IMG/VR virus record: IMGVR_UViG_3300021431_000111
Coordinates: 13,555 to 77,554 of that record
DNA length: 64,000 nt
Source of the DNA: a virus
Taxonomy: Duplodnaviria; Caudoviricetes
Strand: one strand, 5' to 3'
Within the stretch, counting starts at the first letter, position 1. Each line of letters starts with the position of its first letter. Position numbers and translations under genes: made by a program. Below are positions 38,046 to 46,918 of this stretch, one piece after another. The notes beneath the pieces are model-generated. The model was not told the origin of the DNA. It made no database searches and was given only the letters and a program-made list of their open reading frames with translations.

Positions 38046-38453
38046 ATGGCTTACATAAAAACAAATTGGAAAACTGGCGATACGATAACAGCAGATAAAT
38101 TAAATAATATTGAAAATGGAATAGCAAGTTCCGGAGGTGACGGTGGCGCTTTAATCACTGAGCCAACTTGTACCGAAAATCCAGATGGATATACTATTGA
38201 CTTCAACATTACTTTTAATGAGATTAAAAACGCATATTTAAGTTCTAAAAATATTATTGCTTCGTATCCTTCTGAAACAGAAAACCTATATGGTAATTTT
38301 CAAGTATTAACCATATGGGAAGCAACTGAAGATGGTACAACAAGTTATGGTTTAAAATATAATGTTGAGGATATAGGTAGCACAATTACAGGTGAGGAAT
38401 TCATTACAACAGATCCAGATTCCAACATTATTTATGTTAATTCTGGTCATTAA
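38046..38453 (+). CDS. WxTGD/KLN N-terminal module protein 2
   Basis: MAYIKTNWKTGDTITADKLNNIENGI. Confidence 0.7.
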   Translation: MAYIKTNWKTGDTITADKLNNIENGIASSGGDGGALITEPTCTENPDGYTIDFNITFNEIKNAYLSSKNIIASYPSETENLYGNFQVLTIWEATEDGTTSYGLKYNVEDIGSTITGEEFITTDPDSNIIYVNSGH

Positions 38454-38556
38454 TACTACATTAAATTGGTGAAGACGATGTATATTCCTATGAATTACGA
38501 CAAATTAAACACTGTTGATTCATCTTATATCCCCATTTTGTGTTTATAATTTCACC

Positions 38557-38657
38557 AATAACGTGCGCAAGGCATGTTATTAGGCGGAGAGGCGTATACT
38601 GCTTTCCGCAATAGATGTACGCGGGAGTCTCGAAGTTTATGTCGAGGCTTTCGCGTA
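38557..38657 (+). ncRNA. Candidate structured small RNA or 5' leader (three hairpins)
   Basis: 10-, 8- and 16-bp stems with five G·U pairs, starting 6 nt after TATAAT (38545-38550). Confidence 0.55.
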
Positions 38658-38758
38658 ATGAGTTAAAGGACGATGAAATATTGAGGATGTAGGGCTAAAC
38701 GAAATAAAAGGCCGAAGTATTATAAGAAAAGATTATACAAGCATAGAGGTGAGAAAAG

Positions 38759-39061
38759 ATGCCCACATTTACATTAATTGTTACGTTATGTAACGGAGTT
38801 ATGGCAATACTTGCATTAATTATTGCCATTGCAAAACCAATTCGAAAATCAATCGAATATAACAAATCTGATAACGAGGCTATTAAATGCCTTTTACGCA
38901 CACATATACTTAACACTTATTTAAAGTATAAGGAAGGACGAAAGATTCCAAGATTTGAACGTCAAAATATGGACTATCTGTACGAGGCTTATGTATGGCG
39001 TAAAGGCAACAGTTTCGTGGAGGATATTTACGAAGAAATCAGAGATTGGGAAATCGTATAA
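38759..39061 (+). CDS. Small single-TM protein (lysis-module associated)
   Basis: N-terminal hydrophobic helix, then CLLR..I…Y…GNS.V motif. Confidence 0.7.
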   Translation: MPTFTLIVTLCNGVMAILALIIAIAKPIRKSIEYNKSDNEAIKCLLRTHILNTYLKYKEGRKIPRFERQNMDYLYEAYVWRKGNSFVEDIYEEIRDWEIV

Positions 39062-39078
39062 GGTACGAGGTGATATAT

Positions 39079-39666
39079 ATGAAACACGCAATTTTAAGAA
39101 CAGACAAGATGAAGTCAGTAGATACAAGAACTAATATTGTATCTGTAAAACTTCCAGACACACTTGAACTCGATAACGGTAGTATAGTTAGGCTTGGAGA
39201 ATTAATTGAATATGAAACACAAATTGGTAGAGGCAAAAAATACAGAGAAATATATTCCATTAAACCTGCACTACCAGGCACTCCTTTAAATAAACTTGTT
39301 GTAATTGGCTCGCCAGAAATGAATGATTTCTTAGTCGGTGATAGTATTGGATCACATTATAATAAACCAGGATCTATTGTGAGAGGATACGCTATCTCCA
39401 AAGGAGACATTTTCTCTGTAACAGATGAACTAATTACATCTGGAGAACCAGATGTAGGTAAATTAGTTATAACCAACGGTACTGGTTTAGAAATTTTGGA
39501 GGAAGATCCATACGATCCTCTTGGCAAAATTATTGACAAAGAGTTCTATGATAACAGATGGTATTATGTAATTGAAGTTGACGATGAAGCAACTGAAAGT
39601 CAGTCTGGCGGAGATGGAGACAGTCTAGTAGGAAGTGCGGTTGTCGGAACTGCAATTGCTGGATAG
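39079..39666 (+). CDS. Second head decoration/cement paralogue with C-terminal extension
   Basis: Aligns along its length with 4851-5363 (HA..RTDKM, DNG, REIYSI.P, SPE, RGY…GDIFSVT, Y.VIEV); extra tail …GDSLVGSAVVGTAIAG. Confidence 0.8.
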   Translation: MKHAILRTDKMKSVDTRTNIVSVKLPDTLELDNGSIVRLGELIEYETQIGRGKKYREIYSIKPALPGTPLNKLVVIGSPEMNDFLVGDSIGSHYNKPGSIVRGYAISKGDIFSVTDELITSGEPDVGKLVITNGTGLEILEEDPYDPLGKIIDKEFYDNRWYYVIEVDDEATESQSGGDGDSLVGSAVVGTAIAG

Positions 39667-39675
39667 GAGGCAGGT

Positions 39676-40047
39676 ATGAGTTATATAAAAACACAATGGA
39701 AAACTGGTGATGTCATTACTTCTGAAAAGCTAAACAATATTGAGGACGGTATCAGCCGAACAAATGCAATAGAATTGGATCTAGGCACAACATCTGATAA
39801 CATCGGTAAATCATTCAACGAAATAGAAGATGGTCTTCTTAGCGGTTGTTTATTTTACTATAAAAAATACGATAATACTGGGTATGAACTCCGAAAGATA
39901 GACGTTGTTGCCCTAGGTTATGATCCTACTATTACAGATGCGTATGCGTGCTCGCTTAATATGTGGAGTGTAGAGTCAGACACCCCTCTTCATATACTCT
40001 GTATATCTAACGACCCTGACGCCCCTATGGGATTGGATAATAAATAA
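39676..40047 (+). CDS. WxTGD/KLN N-terminal module protein 3
   Basis: MSYIKTQWKTGDVITSEKLNNIEDGI. Confidence 0.7.
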   Translation: MSYIKTQWKTGDVITSEKLNNIEDGISRTNAIELDLGTTSDNIGKSFNEIEDGLLSGCLFYYKKYDNTGYELRKIDVVALGYDPTITDAYACSLNMWSVESDTPLHILCISNDPDAPMGLDNK

Positions 40048-40122
40048 TGCATATGATCAAGAGGCTCAGGACGAGGAGATGGAGATAGTCTGACGGATGA
40101 TATTTAAATATTGCATGTTTTT

Positions 40123-40147
40123 ATAGAGCTGTTTGGCTCTATTTTTT
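40123..40147 (+). terminator. Rho-independent terminator
   Basis: ATAGAGC-tgtttg-GCTCTAT plus T run. Confidence 0.7.
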
Positions 40148-40285
40148 ATTGCCTAAAACACGGAGGTAAAGGTATGAGCGAAGTAAATCTTACATCTTGG
40201 CTCGAGACACTTGATAAAGATTTTATGAATCGTCCCGAGTCTGATAACGAAAACAACGGTGATAGTTCGCATGAGGAGGAAAAGA

Positions 40286-41197
40286 ATGAGTAGAATTGTA
40301 TTTAACAGCCAGAATGATTGGGTAAACGCTATGAAGAAAGCGGCAAGTTTCAGCACCGCATATAGCAACCACTACCCTTACAATCTTTTATATTGGGACG
40401 GAAGAACCCTATATGCTGATTGCAGTAACTTCCAGAAGGCTTTATTTAATGGAGGCAATCCATTTAATCTTAACCGTGGTATGAACGCTGGAAGGTATTG
40501 GCCGAACAACACAGGAGATTGTACAGAATATGGATTAATCTCTCAGTGCAGTGGAGTTAATGGAAACTTCGCAGCTCTGCGACTTGGCTATCCTGAACTG
40601 CTTTATATGCCGGGACATATCGGAGCTTTTATCGGACAGGAAGTCTGGATTAATGGTAGATGCTACAATACGATTGAGGCCACAGCATGGACTGGGGATT
40701 TTGGTCATACTGGAATCATCTATTCTTATGTTGATGCTAACGGACGTAGACTGAACCATAAAGGTGGATATCAGTGTATGACATGGACTCTGCACGGCAA
40801 ACCGACGAAGTGGGTTAAGTACACCACTCCTGCTCCATCACCGTCCCCTGCTCCAACCGGAAAGCTTGCAGTGGATGGGGAATGGGGAATCCTCACAACA
40901 AGAGCAACTCAGAGGTTTTTCAAAACAACTGTTGACGGCATTGTGTCCCATCAGCCGACCGGTCTCAGAAAATATTGTATGAATTGCCTTGAGTCTTCTT
41001 GGCAATGGAGAGACGACGGTGGATATTCTCCAATGATTCAGGCAATGCAGAAATGGCTTGGAGTATCTGCCGACGGACACTTCGGCCCGAACACAATCAA
41101 GGCACTTCAGAGGAAGCTAGGCGTTGGCCAGGACGGCTATTGCGGCCCAACAACGGTTAGCGCATGGCAGAAGTTCTTGAATGCGAATTTGAAATAA
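40286..41197 (+). CDS. Endolysin (Cys/His peptidase-like catalytic domain plus peptidoglycan-binding repeats)
   Basis: YADCSN and GHIGAFIG catalytic-like motifs, Pro-rich linker, DG..G..T repeats (VDGEWGILT, ADGHFGPNT, QDGYCGPTT). Confidence 0.85.
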   Translation: MSRIVFNSQNDWVNAMKKAASFSTAYSNHYPYNLLYWDGRTLYADCSNFQKALFNGGNPFNLNRGMNAGRYWPNNTGDCTEYGLISQCSGVNGNFAALRLGYPELLYMPGHIGAFIGQEVWINGRCYNTIEATAWTGDFGHTGIIYSYVDANGRRLNHKGGYQCMTWTLHGKPTKWVKYTTPAPSPSPAPTGKLAVDGEWGILTTRATQRFFKTTVDGIVSHQPTGLRKYCMNCLESSWQWRDDGGYSPMIQAMQKWLGVSADGHFGPNTIKALQRKLGVGQDGYCGPTTVSAWQKFLNANLK

Positions 41198-41264
41198 CAC
41201 TATATTATTTACTGGCGGGCTCGTTTATATAGCGAGCCCAATAATAAAAGGTGGTTAATTATCT

Positions 41265-42089
41265 ATGGAATATACAAAACAAACCTGGAAAACAGGAGAT
41301 ATAATTACGGAAGAAAAATTAAATCATATAGAAGACGGAATTGCAAATAGCGGATATACGATAACAAAAGGCGAAGATGTGGTAATATTTAGTGGGGATG
41401 TCACGACTGAAGGAGATCAAGATGACATAAGTAGTTGTGAGTTAGAAATTGAACCGATCGGGGACGCGGTTCCACCTAAAGAATTATCTATTAGATATGA
41501 CGATGTTGCATATGTAACAGAAAGGCAGAATATCGCTTCTGGCTTCTATAGCTATGGCGCACATATGGACGAAGAGTCTAAACTTCCTGACTTTAGCGAA
41601 TATCCGTTTTGTGTAATATTGCGATCAGACGGCGGCTTTTTAGCCACTCCAATACCTGGACATCATGATATTTTTATACAATATACTGAAAAAAACATTA
41701 CTCCAACAGAAGAGTTTATCGAAGCAACACAACAAGCAATAGATGTTAAGTATGATATTAAAGTGGCACTCGGAGACGGTGGCATAATTTTTAATGTAAA
41801 TAACACCCCACAAGATATATATGAATTGCTTTCAGTAGGAGCGGATGGAAGAGCTAAAATTATTGATGTTGGAAAATACACAATGTGTTATCTTGACGGA
41901 ACAATATCATCATCTGATATTGAATATGTAAGCAACGCGCAGGGGTTTAGATTTTATTCTACTCCAATAATTGACAACGGAACATTAACGTATAAATATA
42001 TCCTTGATGTTGTACGGGAAATGACAAAAGCCGGATATGAATACTCCTTTGTTCTAAACAAAGATTATTCGAATAGACATAAAGGGTAA
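41265..42089 (+). CDS. WxTGD/KLN N-terminal module protein 4
   Basis: MEYTKQTWKTGDIITEEKLNHIEDGI. Confidence 0.7.
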   Translation: MEYTKQTWKTGDIITEEKLNHIEDGIANSGYTITKGEDVVIFSGDVTTEGDQDDISSCELEIEPIGDAVPPKELSIRYDDVAYVTERQNIASGFYSYGAHMDEESKLPDFSEYPFCVILRSDGGFLATPIPGHHDIFIQYTEKNITPTEEFIEATQQAIDVKYDIKVALGDGGIIFNVNNTPQDIYELLSVGADGRAKIIDVGKYTMCYLDGTISSSDIEYVSNAQGFRFYSTPIIDNGTLTYKYILDVVREMTKAGYEYSFVLNKDYSNRHKG

Positions 42090-42117
42090 AGAGAAAGGTA
42101 AACGTTTTTTTTCAATT

Positions 42118-42149
42118 ATAACAGCCTCTATTATGAGGCTGTTATTTTT
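42118..42149 (+). terminator. Rho-independent terminator ending the late operon
   Basis: ATAACAGCCTC-tattat-GAGGCTGTTAT plus T run. Confidence 0.8.
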
Positions 42150-42185
42150 ACGAATTAAAAGGAGTGAATTAGTATAATAAACAAC

Positions 42186-43511
42186 ATGACCGATGCCATC
42201 TCTTCATTGATAGGGATTGGTTTTACTCAAAACGAGGCATTGACGAAATTAGACCATCTAATTAAAATGTATGGTGCTGATCGCGCCTTTGCTTCGGTAG
42301 AGGAAATGGAAAATGATTTTTATTTAAATGATGTTCAAGAATCTATTTTCTTAGGCAACGATAAAAGATACCATTGTTTTCTTAATACATCTAATGGTAA
42401 ACGGAAACACCTCGTCGCGAAGGAAAGGAAGAACCTTGAAAACAAAATAGTTAAGCTGATAAAAGACAAGTCTAATATCTCTCAAACTTTGACATGTTGT
42501 ATGAGTGATATTGTTTCTAAATTCTTGGATTATAAGGAAAAGGAAACGTGCGCAGGAACGGCACATAAACTTAAATGGGCTTACAATAGATATATTAAAG
42601 ATTCCAATTTGGAAACATTGGATATATCTGAAATCTCTGTAATGCAGTTAAAGGAATTCTGTCTAGAACAAATAGATAAATTTAATCTCACATCAAAAGG
42701 TTATAAAGAATTAAAGAGTTTGTTGAACGGATTGTTTGATTACGCTGTAGACACCGGATTGCTTAAGAATAATACTGCAAAGCAAATGTCCAGGATCAAT
42801 ACAAAGAAACTGAATAGGACAGTTTCTACTCCAGATACTCAAGTGTTTACTGCACAAGAAGAATCAAGTTTGTTCATTCGAGCTATGGAGATGTTTGTAA
42901 AGACGGGCAATACTTCATATCTAGCAATTATATTATCTGGCTGTCTAGGTTTAAGAGCTGGAGAATTAATAGCGTTGAAGCAATCTGATTTTGATTTTGT
43001 TAATAATGAAGTTAATATCCAAAGGCAGGAGGTTGTTAACTGGGTCAAAAACGAAAACAACGATTTGGTCAGAGAAGGTTATCAAGTTGTTGATTATTTA
43101 AAAACAACCGAGTCCAGGCGCAGCTTGCCCATCACGGACTCTGTAGCGCGCGTATACGACCTTATTGTATCTCGGAATAATTTTGATGGGATAGATTCAG
43201 ATTACTTGTTTGTGTACAAGGATGGCTCCAGAAAACACGCGTCTACTGTGGCAACAGCCTTGAGAAGAATTAATAAACAGCTCGGATTTACGCAAAGGTC
43301 TAATCATAAATTAAGGAAGACCTTATTGTCTGAGCTAGAAAACACAATTGGCTTAACGAAAACAAGGGCGTTTGCTGGTCATTCAAGAAACAGCACCACC
43401 CTTGAAAAAAATTATCTTTATATTACGAGCCCTCTTACTAGCGATATGGAGGCAATTAATAGCGTCGTAACAGAAAGAGTGCCCACTCTGCTCAAAAGTG
43501 AGCAAAAGTGA
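42186..43511 (+). CDS. int: Tyrosine integrase
   Basis: GLRAGE (Arg), LKTTESRR (Lys), HKLR (HxxR), AGH, terminal KNY (Tyr). Confidence 0.92.
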   Translation: MTDAISSLIGIGFTQNEALTKLDHLIKMYGADRAFASVEEMENDFYLNDVQESIFLGNDKRYHCFLNTSNGKRKHLVAKERKNLENKIVKLIKDKSNISQTLTCCMSDIVSKFLDYKEKETCAGTAHKLKWAYNRYIKDSNLETLDISEISVMQLKEFCLEQIDKFNLTSKGYKELKSLLNGLFDYAVDTGLLKNNTAKQMSRINTKKLNRTVSTPDTQVFTAQEESSLFIRAMEMFVKTGNTSYLAIILSGCLGLRAGELIALKQSDFDFVNNEVNIQRQEVVNWVKNENNDLVREGYQVVDYLKTTESRRSLPITDSVARVYDLIVSRNNFDGIDSDYLFVYKDGSRKHASTVATALRRINKQLGFTQRSNHKLRKTLLSELENTIGLTKTRAFAGHSRNSTTLEKNYLYITSPLTSDMEAINSVVTERVPTLLKSEQK

Positions 43512-43666
43512 GCAACTCTAAAGGCCTTAAGTTTTGAAAACCGCTTGTTTTATAGGGTTTTCGTAACGGAGAGGGTGGGATTCGAACCCACGTCATTGTC
43601 TGCAAACCCTTGATTTTAATAGGGTTTACGGGCTCCGTTAATAAAAAGTGAGCAAAAAGTGAGCAA
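43494..43666. other. attP: tRNA-Ser 3' core with flanking arm-type repeats
   Basis: Core 43567-43592 reads CGTGGGTTCGAATCCCACCCTCTCCG on the - strand; AAAAGTGAGC doublets at 43494-43515 and 43643-43666. Confidence 0.8.
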
Positions 43667-43708
43667 CAATATTTGAAGAAAGGATTGCATCGGCGTGATC
43701 AGCACTCA

Positions 43709-44080
43709 CTAGCTCCATATCTTTGTTAAGTGGTTTGCTTTTATGTAGTCCGAAAGAATGCCGTGTACATTAATAATACTCTTCGCCCATAAAATATTAT
43801 CTATGTACTCATCTTTTCTTATCACATCGAAGAAATAACATTCTATATCCCAATACAGATCCACTATCTCCTTATCAGTAAGGCCACAAATGTGTTTATC
43901 ATCATTAAGCTTTCCATATATAGATATTACTGAAGTGATGCACTCTTCAAATTCATCTAGCCCAAGTTCTTCAATAAAATCTTTTTCGCAATAAAGTGTC
44001 ACAAGGCACCATAAAAATTCAATGATTGCCCTCTCTTCATCTTCTTCAATTTTTTGCATTGCGACTTTTGTTTCTTCCAT
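43709..44080 (-). CDS. Hypothetical protein
   Basis: 123-aa acidic ORF, co-oriented with the right arm. Confidence 0.65.
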   Translation of the reverse strand: MEETKVAMQKIEEDEERAIIEFLWCLVTLYCEKDFIEELGLDEFEECITSVISIYGKLNDDKHICGLTDKEIVDLYWDIECYFFDVIRKDEYIDNILWAKSIINVHGILSDYIKANHLTKIWS

Positions 44081-44195
44081 TTTTCTTTTCTCCGTTTTTT
44101 GAAGCTTTATATATCTGTTCCTTCTTTTTCTTTTCGTTCTCCATCCTTGCCATAAATCTTTGGAAGTTGGAGTAGTCTGTGGAATTTTTTCTCAT
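44046..44195 (-). CDS. Small basic hypothetical protein (49 aa, absent from ORF track)
   Basis: MRKNSTDYSNFQRFMARMENEKKKK…; preceded by AGGAGGG. Confidence 0.55.
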   Translation of the reverse strand: MRKNSTDYSNFQRFMARMENEKKKKEQIYKASKNGEKKNGRNKSRNAKN

Positions 44196-44215
44196 TAGCC
44201 CTCCTAACACTTTTT

Positions 44216-44770
44216 CTATAACATTTCTTTACATTCAATACACTTTTTCTCCATTTCAACAATCACGTCATCTAGAAGAACCGGTGTGCAATTGTGAGAA
44301 TCAACACCGACATGATACATAAAAGGAATGTCATTAAAGAAGTTTGTTGTTTGGTGTGTATGTCCATATAAGCAGCACGTCATTTGTTTCAACTTTTCTT
44401 TATTCAGATTGCCCGTATATGTTGGATAATGGCTCATATAAAAATGGTAGCCGTTATATTTAATTTTCGTTGCATATACGACTTCTTCTACATTCCAACA
44501 GTCTTTATATAATGCTATACGACTATCTGTATCGTGATTGCCAATAATAATATGGATCTTGCCTTTGAGAGATTTGAGGATGTTTATGCCGGCCTCATTA
44601 TTATTTAACATTACATCTCCCAATAGATACACATCGTCTTCTGCGCCGACCACGCGGTTCCAATTATTACATATCGCCTCGTTCATATCGTGGATATTAT
44701 CGAATCCTCTAGGCTTATAAACAAACTCTCTGGCGTGATATAAATGGAGATCAGATGTAACAAAAATCAA
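44216..44770 (-). CDS. Calcineurin-like metallophosphoesterase 1
   Basis: SDLHLYH, LGDV, GNHD, SHYP, GHTH motifs. Confidence 0.9.
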   Translation of the reverse strand: MIFVTSDLHLYHAREFVYKPRGFDNIHDMNEAICNNWNRVVGAEDDVYLLGDVMLNNNEAGINILKSLKGKIHIIIGNHDTDSRIALYKDCWNVEEVVYATKIKYNGYHFYMSHYPTYTGNLNKEKLKQMTCCLYGHTHQTTNFFNDIPFMYHVGVDSHNCTPVLLDDVIVEMEKKCIECKEML

Positions 44771-44780
44771 TACGTCCTCC

Positions 44781-45176
44781 TTAATAGCTGTCGTAAAAAT
44801 ATGCGATTGATTTTGGATGCTTTCTAAGGTGATCGATTAGCCATGTGATATTTACAATATCTTTGCCAAAATGATTTATCATCTCATCAAAGCTCCATAT
44901 AGGACTCCACCAGTCTGTAGGATGTTTTAGTTGCTCATAAATCACATCCCTAATTTTTTTGAGCGTCGCTATATTTAATTCATATTCTGAGGCAAAGTCT
45001 TCGTCCGTCGGCGGTATTACGGAAAGTATATTGGCCCGTAACCCTGGGCATTTTCTCCAATAACACACCTCGTATTCAACGTCATCTTCGCCGTCCTTAT
45101 ACAGTTCAATTTGTACATAGCTTGGTGGATCGGTCTTTTTTTGTTGTTTTAAAATTATTCCATTATCTAACCCCAT
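44781..45176 (-). CDS. Hypothetical protein
   Basis: MGLD start, YWRK motif, C-terminal YFYDSY. Confidence 0.7.
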   Translation of the reverse strand: MGLDNGIILKQQKKTDPPSYVQIELYKDGEDDVEYEVCYWRKCPGLRANILSVIPPTDEDFASEYELNIATLKKIRDVIYEQLKHPTDWWSPIWSFDEMINHFGKDIVNITWLIDHLRKHPKSIAYFYDSY

Positions 45177-45436
45177 ACAAACTCTCCTTCGTATATAACG
45201 CTTAATAAAAACTCATTAGTGTCAGTTTTAAATATTGAATACGCTATTAATTCATCTTCTAAGCTGTAGCTATCTCCGTCTAAAGACACCAGCTTATTAC
45301 CGTTATACTCGCAGTAACCGGCCAACGTATCTTCCGTCACTCCATCAACTTCGACGGTTACTCGATACATGATCGTTAATGGGTAATGTATTTGTGGATA
45401 GCTAATGCTTATCATATGTAATATGTCTTTCAGCAT
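45167..45436 (-). CDS. Hypothetical protein
   Basis: Co-oriented ORF; LDGDSYS motif. Confidence 0.6.
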   Translation of the reverse strand: MLKDILHMISISYPQIHYPLTIMYRVTVEVDGVTEDTLAGYCEYNGNKLVSLDGDSYSLEDELIAYSIFKTDTNEFLLSVIYEGEFVWG

Positions 45437-45461
45437 AGTTCCTTCTGGAACATATGTCTTA

Positions 45462-45665
45462 TCAATAAATGTCTTTAAATACAGAAACCTCGCCTCCTTC
45501 GTACGCTATCTCTCCGTGAACAAACATCTCAACCAACTTCTCCATAGCATCACCATCTATATGGATAACGTCTCCATTGGTAAGAGATACGTAGTTTTTG
45601 TCAGAATTAATTAGAGCGACTGCGTCCAGATTAATGAGTCCTCCCTTTACTTTCACGAAGTACAT
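45462..45665 (-). CDS. Hypothetical protein
   Basis: Likely start MYFVKV after AGGTGG. Confidence 0.5.
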   Translation of the reverse strand: MYFVKVKGGLINLDAVALINSDKNYVSLTNGDVIHIDGDAMEKLVEMFVHGEIAYEGGEVSVFKDIY

Positions 45666-45915
45666 TTGTAGCCACCTTTCTTGCATATTTGTCCATCACT
45701 TCGTCATAGAATGGCTTGTTATTATTTTTCAGGTACTCCATATCTTCTTCGTTATATTGCAGAAGTTCTCCGCAATTAATGCATACAGGAGTCCTATAAA
45801 AAGACTCCTGCTTGCAATATGGACAATATGGATACCAACCATCGCAGTTAATCTCCCACTTCTTCATTGGATGTTCATTCCTCCTTGCTGTAGTCTTCAA
45901 ACAATGTATTAACAT
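45631..45915 (-). CDS. Zn-ribbon hypothetical protein
   Basis: DGWYPYCPYC…CINCG. Confidence 0.6.
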   Translation of the reverse strand: MLIHCLKTTARRNEHPMKKWEINCDGWYPYCPYCKQESFYRTPVCINCGELLQYNEEDMEYLKNNNKPFYDEVMDKYARKVATNVLRESKGRTH

Positions 45916-46126
45916 TTGAAATATTCAAACAATCAATACGAACATTCATATCGTCAACCGATGCCGTTAGGTCGTTCAATCTAATAGAGAGAGATTGGAT
46001 TATGTTTTTTATATTTTGTATTTCTGAACGTACTTGATCAATCTTGTGTTCAGAATTAAGAACTTGTGCTTTTAAAATACTAATCTCTACAGTATTCATA
46101 TAGTTAATCAGGGTACCTCCTAGCAT
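45875..46126 (-). CDS. Coiled-coil hypothetical protein
   Basis: Heptad pattern; likely start MNTVEI. Confidence 0.5.
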   Translation of the reverse strand: MLGGTLINYMNTVEISILKAQVLNSEHKIDQVRSEIQNIKNIIQSLSIRLNDLTASVDDMNVRIDCLNISNVNTLFEDYSKEE

Positions 46127-46362
46127 TCATCTTGAACAAACAATTCATTGATGTCTGGCAATTTGTAATTTGGTCTTTTCTCGACATCGTCTGGACTAAT
46201 ATGCTTTAATCCGTCCTTATTTAATCCGTACGCTCTCCAGGATGTTGCTGCGCGCGCAGTACCATCTATTGTCGTGTAATACATCGGTTCAACAGTCCAC
46301 GTAGTCGTATTGACACCAGTAGTCCACGAAGTACCGATGCCACTAGTAATGGTAAAGTCCAT
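46120..46362 (-). CDS. Hypothetical protein
   Basis: Thr-rich ORF with SD. Confidence 0.5.
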   Translation of the reverse strand: MDFTITSGIGTSWTTGVNTTTWTVEPMYYTTIDGTARAATSWRAYGLNKDGLKHISPDDVEKRPNYKLPDINELFVQDEC

Positions 46363-46918
46363 GTCCCTTCACACCTCTTTTCCTGTTCGCATTATTGATG
46401 GACTGTGCGTGAAGCGACAATATGTGCTTCATGTGTCCTTCTTTAATAATTCGTGACAGACTTAATAATTGATATCCAACAAAATCTGCTGCACAATTAT
46501 AGTGATAAATATCTATATCTTTTTCTGCACAATGTACATGGCCGTGAACGTTCAAAGCCCATGTAATGTCTGGAATTGGTTCGTGTGATAATATTATCTT
46601 TTCAGCAATCATTAACGGCCCGGTATATATCTCATCAAAATATGGTTCATAATACGACGCACCGTAGTCGTGATTGCCTAGAATCAATACCTTGTGTCCT
46701 TTTATCAAGTTCATCCATTTAGGATCTCCTACATCTCCAAGGTGTATTATCGTGTCATTCTTCCCAGTCCTTATGAGCCCATCAATATACACTTTTGGGT
46801 ATGGCCATTCTTCGTCCATTTGTTTGCAGTCTGGATCTTCAAAGTGCGTGTCACTCATGACATACACTCCACCTTTTTCACTCCATCTCTGAAACGTCGG
46901 GTACAGGGTTTTTATCAT
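46343..46918 (-). CDS. Calcineurin-like metallophosphoesterase 2
   Basis: SDTHF, HLGDV, GNHD, SHEP, HGHVH. Confidence 0.9.
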   Translation of the reverse strand: MIKTLYPTFQRWSEKGGVYVMSDTHFEDPDCKQMDEEWPYPKVYIDGLIRTGKNDTIIHLGDVGDPKWMNLIKGHKVLILGNHDYGASYYEPYFDEIYTGPLMIAEKIILSHEPIPDITWALNVHGHVHCAEKDIDIYHYNCAADFVGYQLLSLSRIIKEGHMKHILSLHAQSINNANRKRGVKGHGLYHY

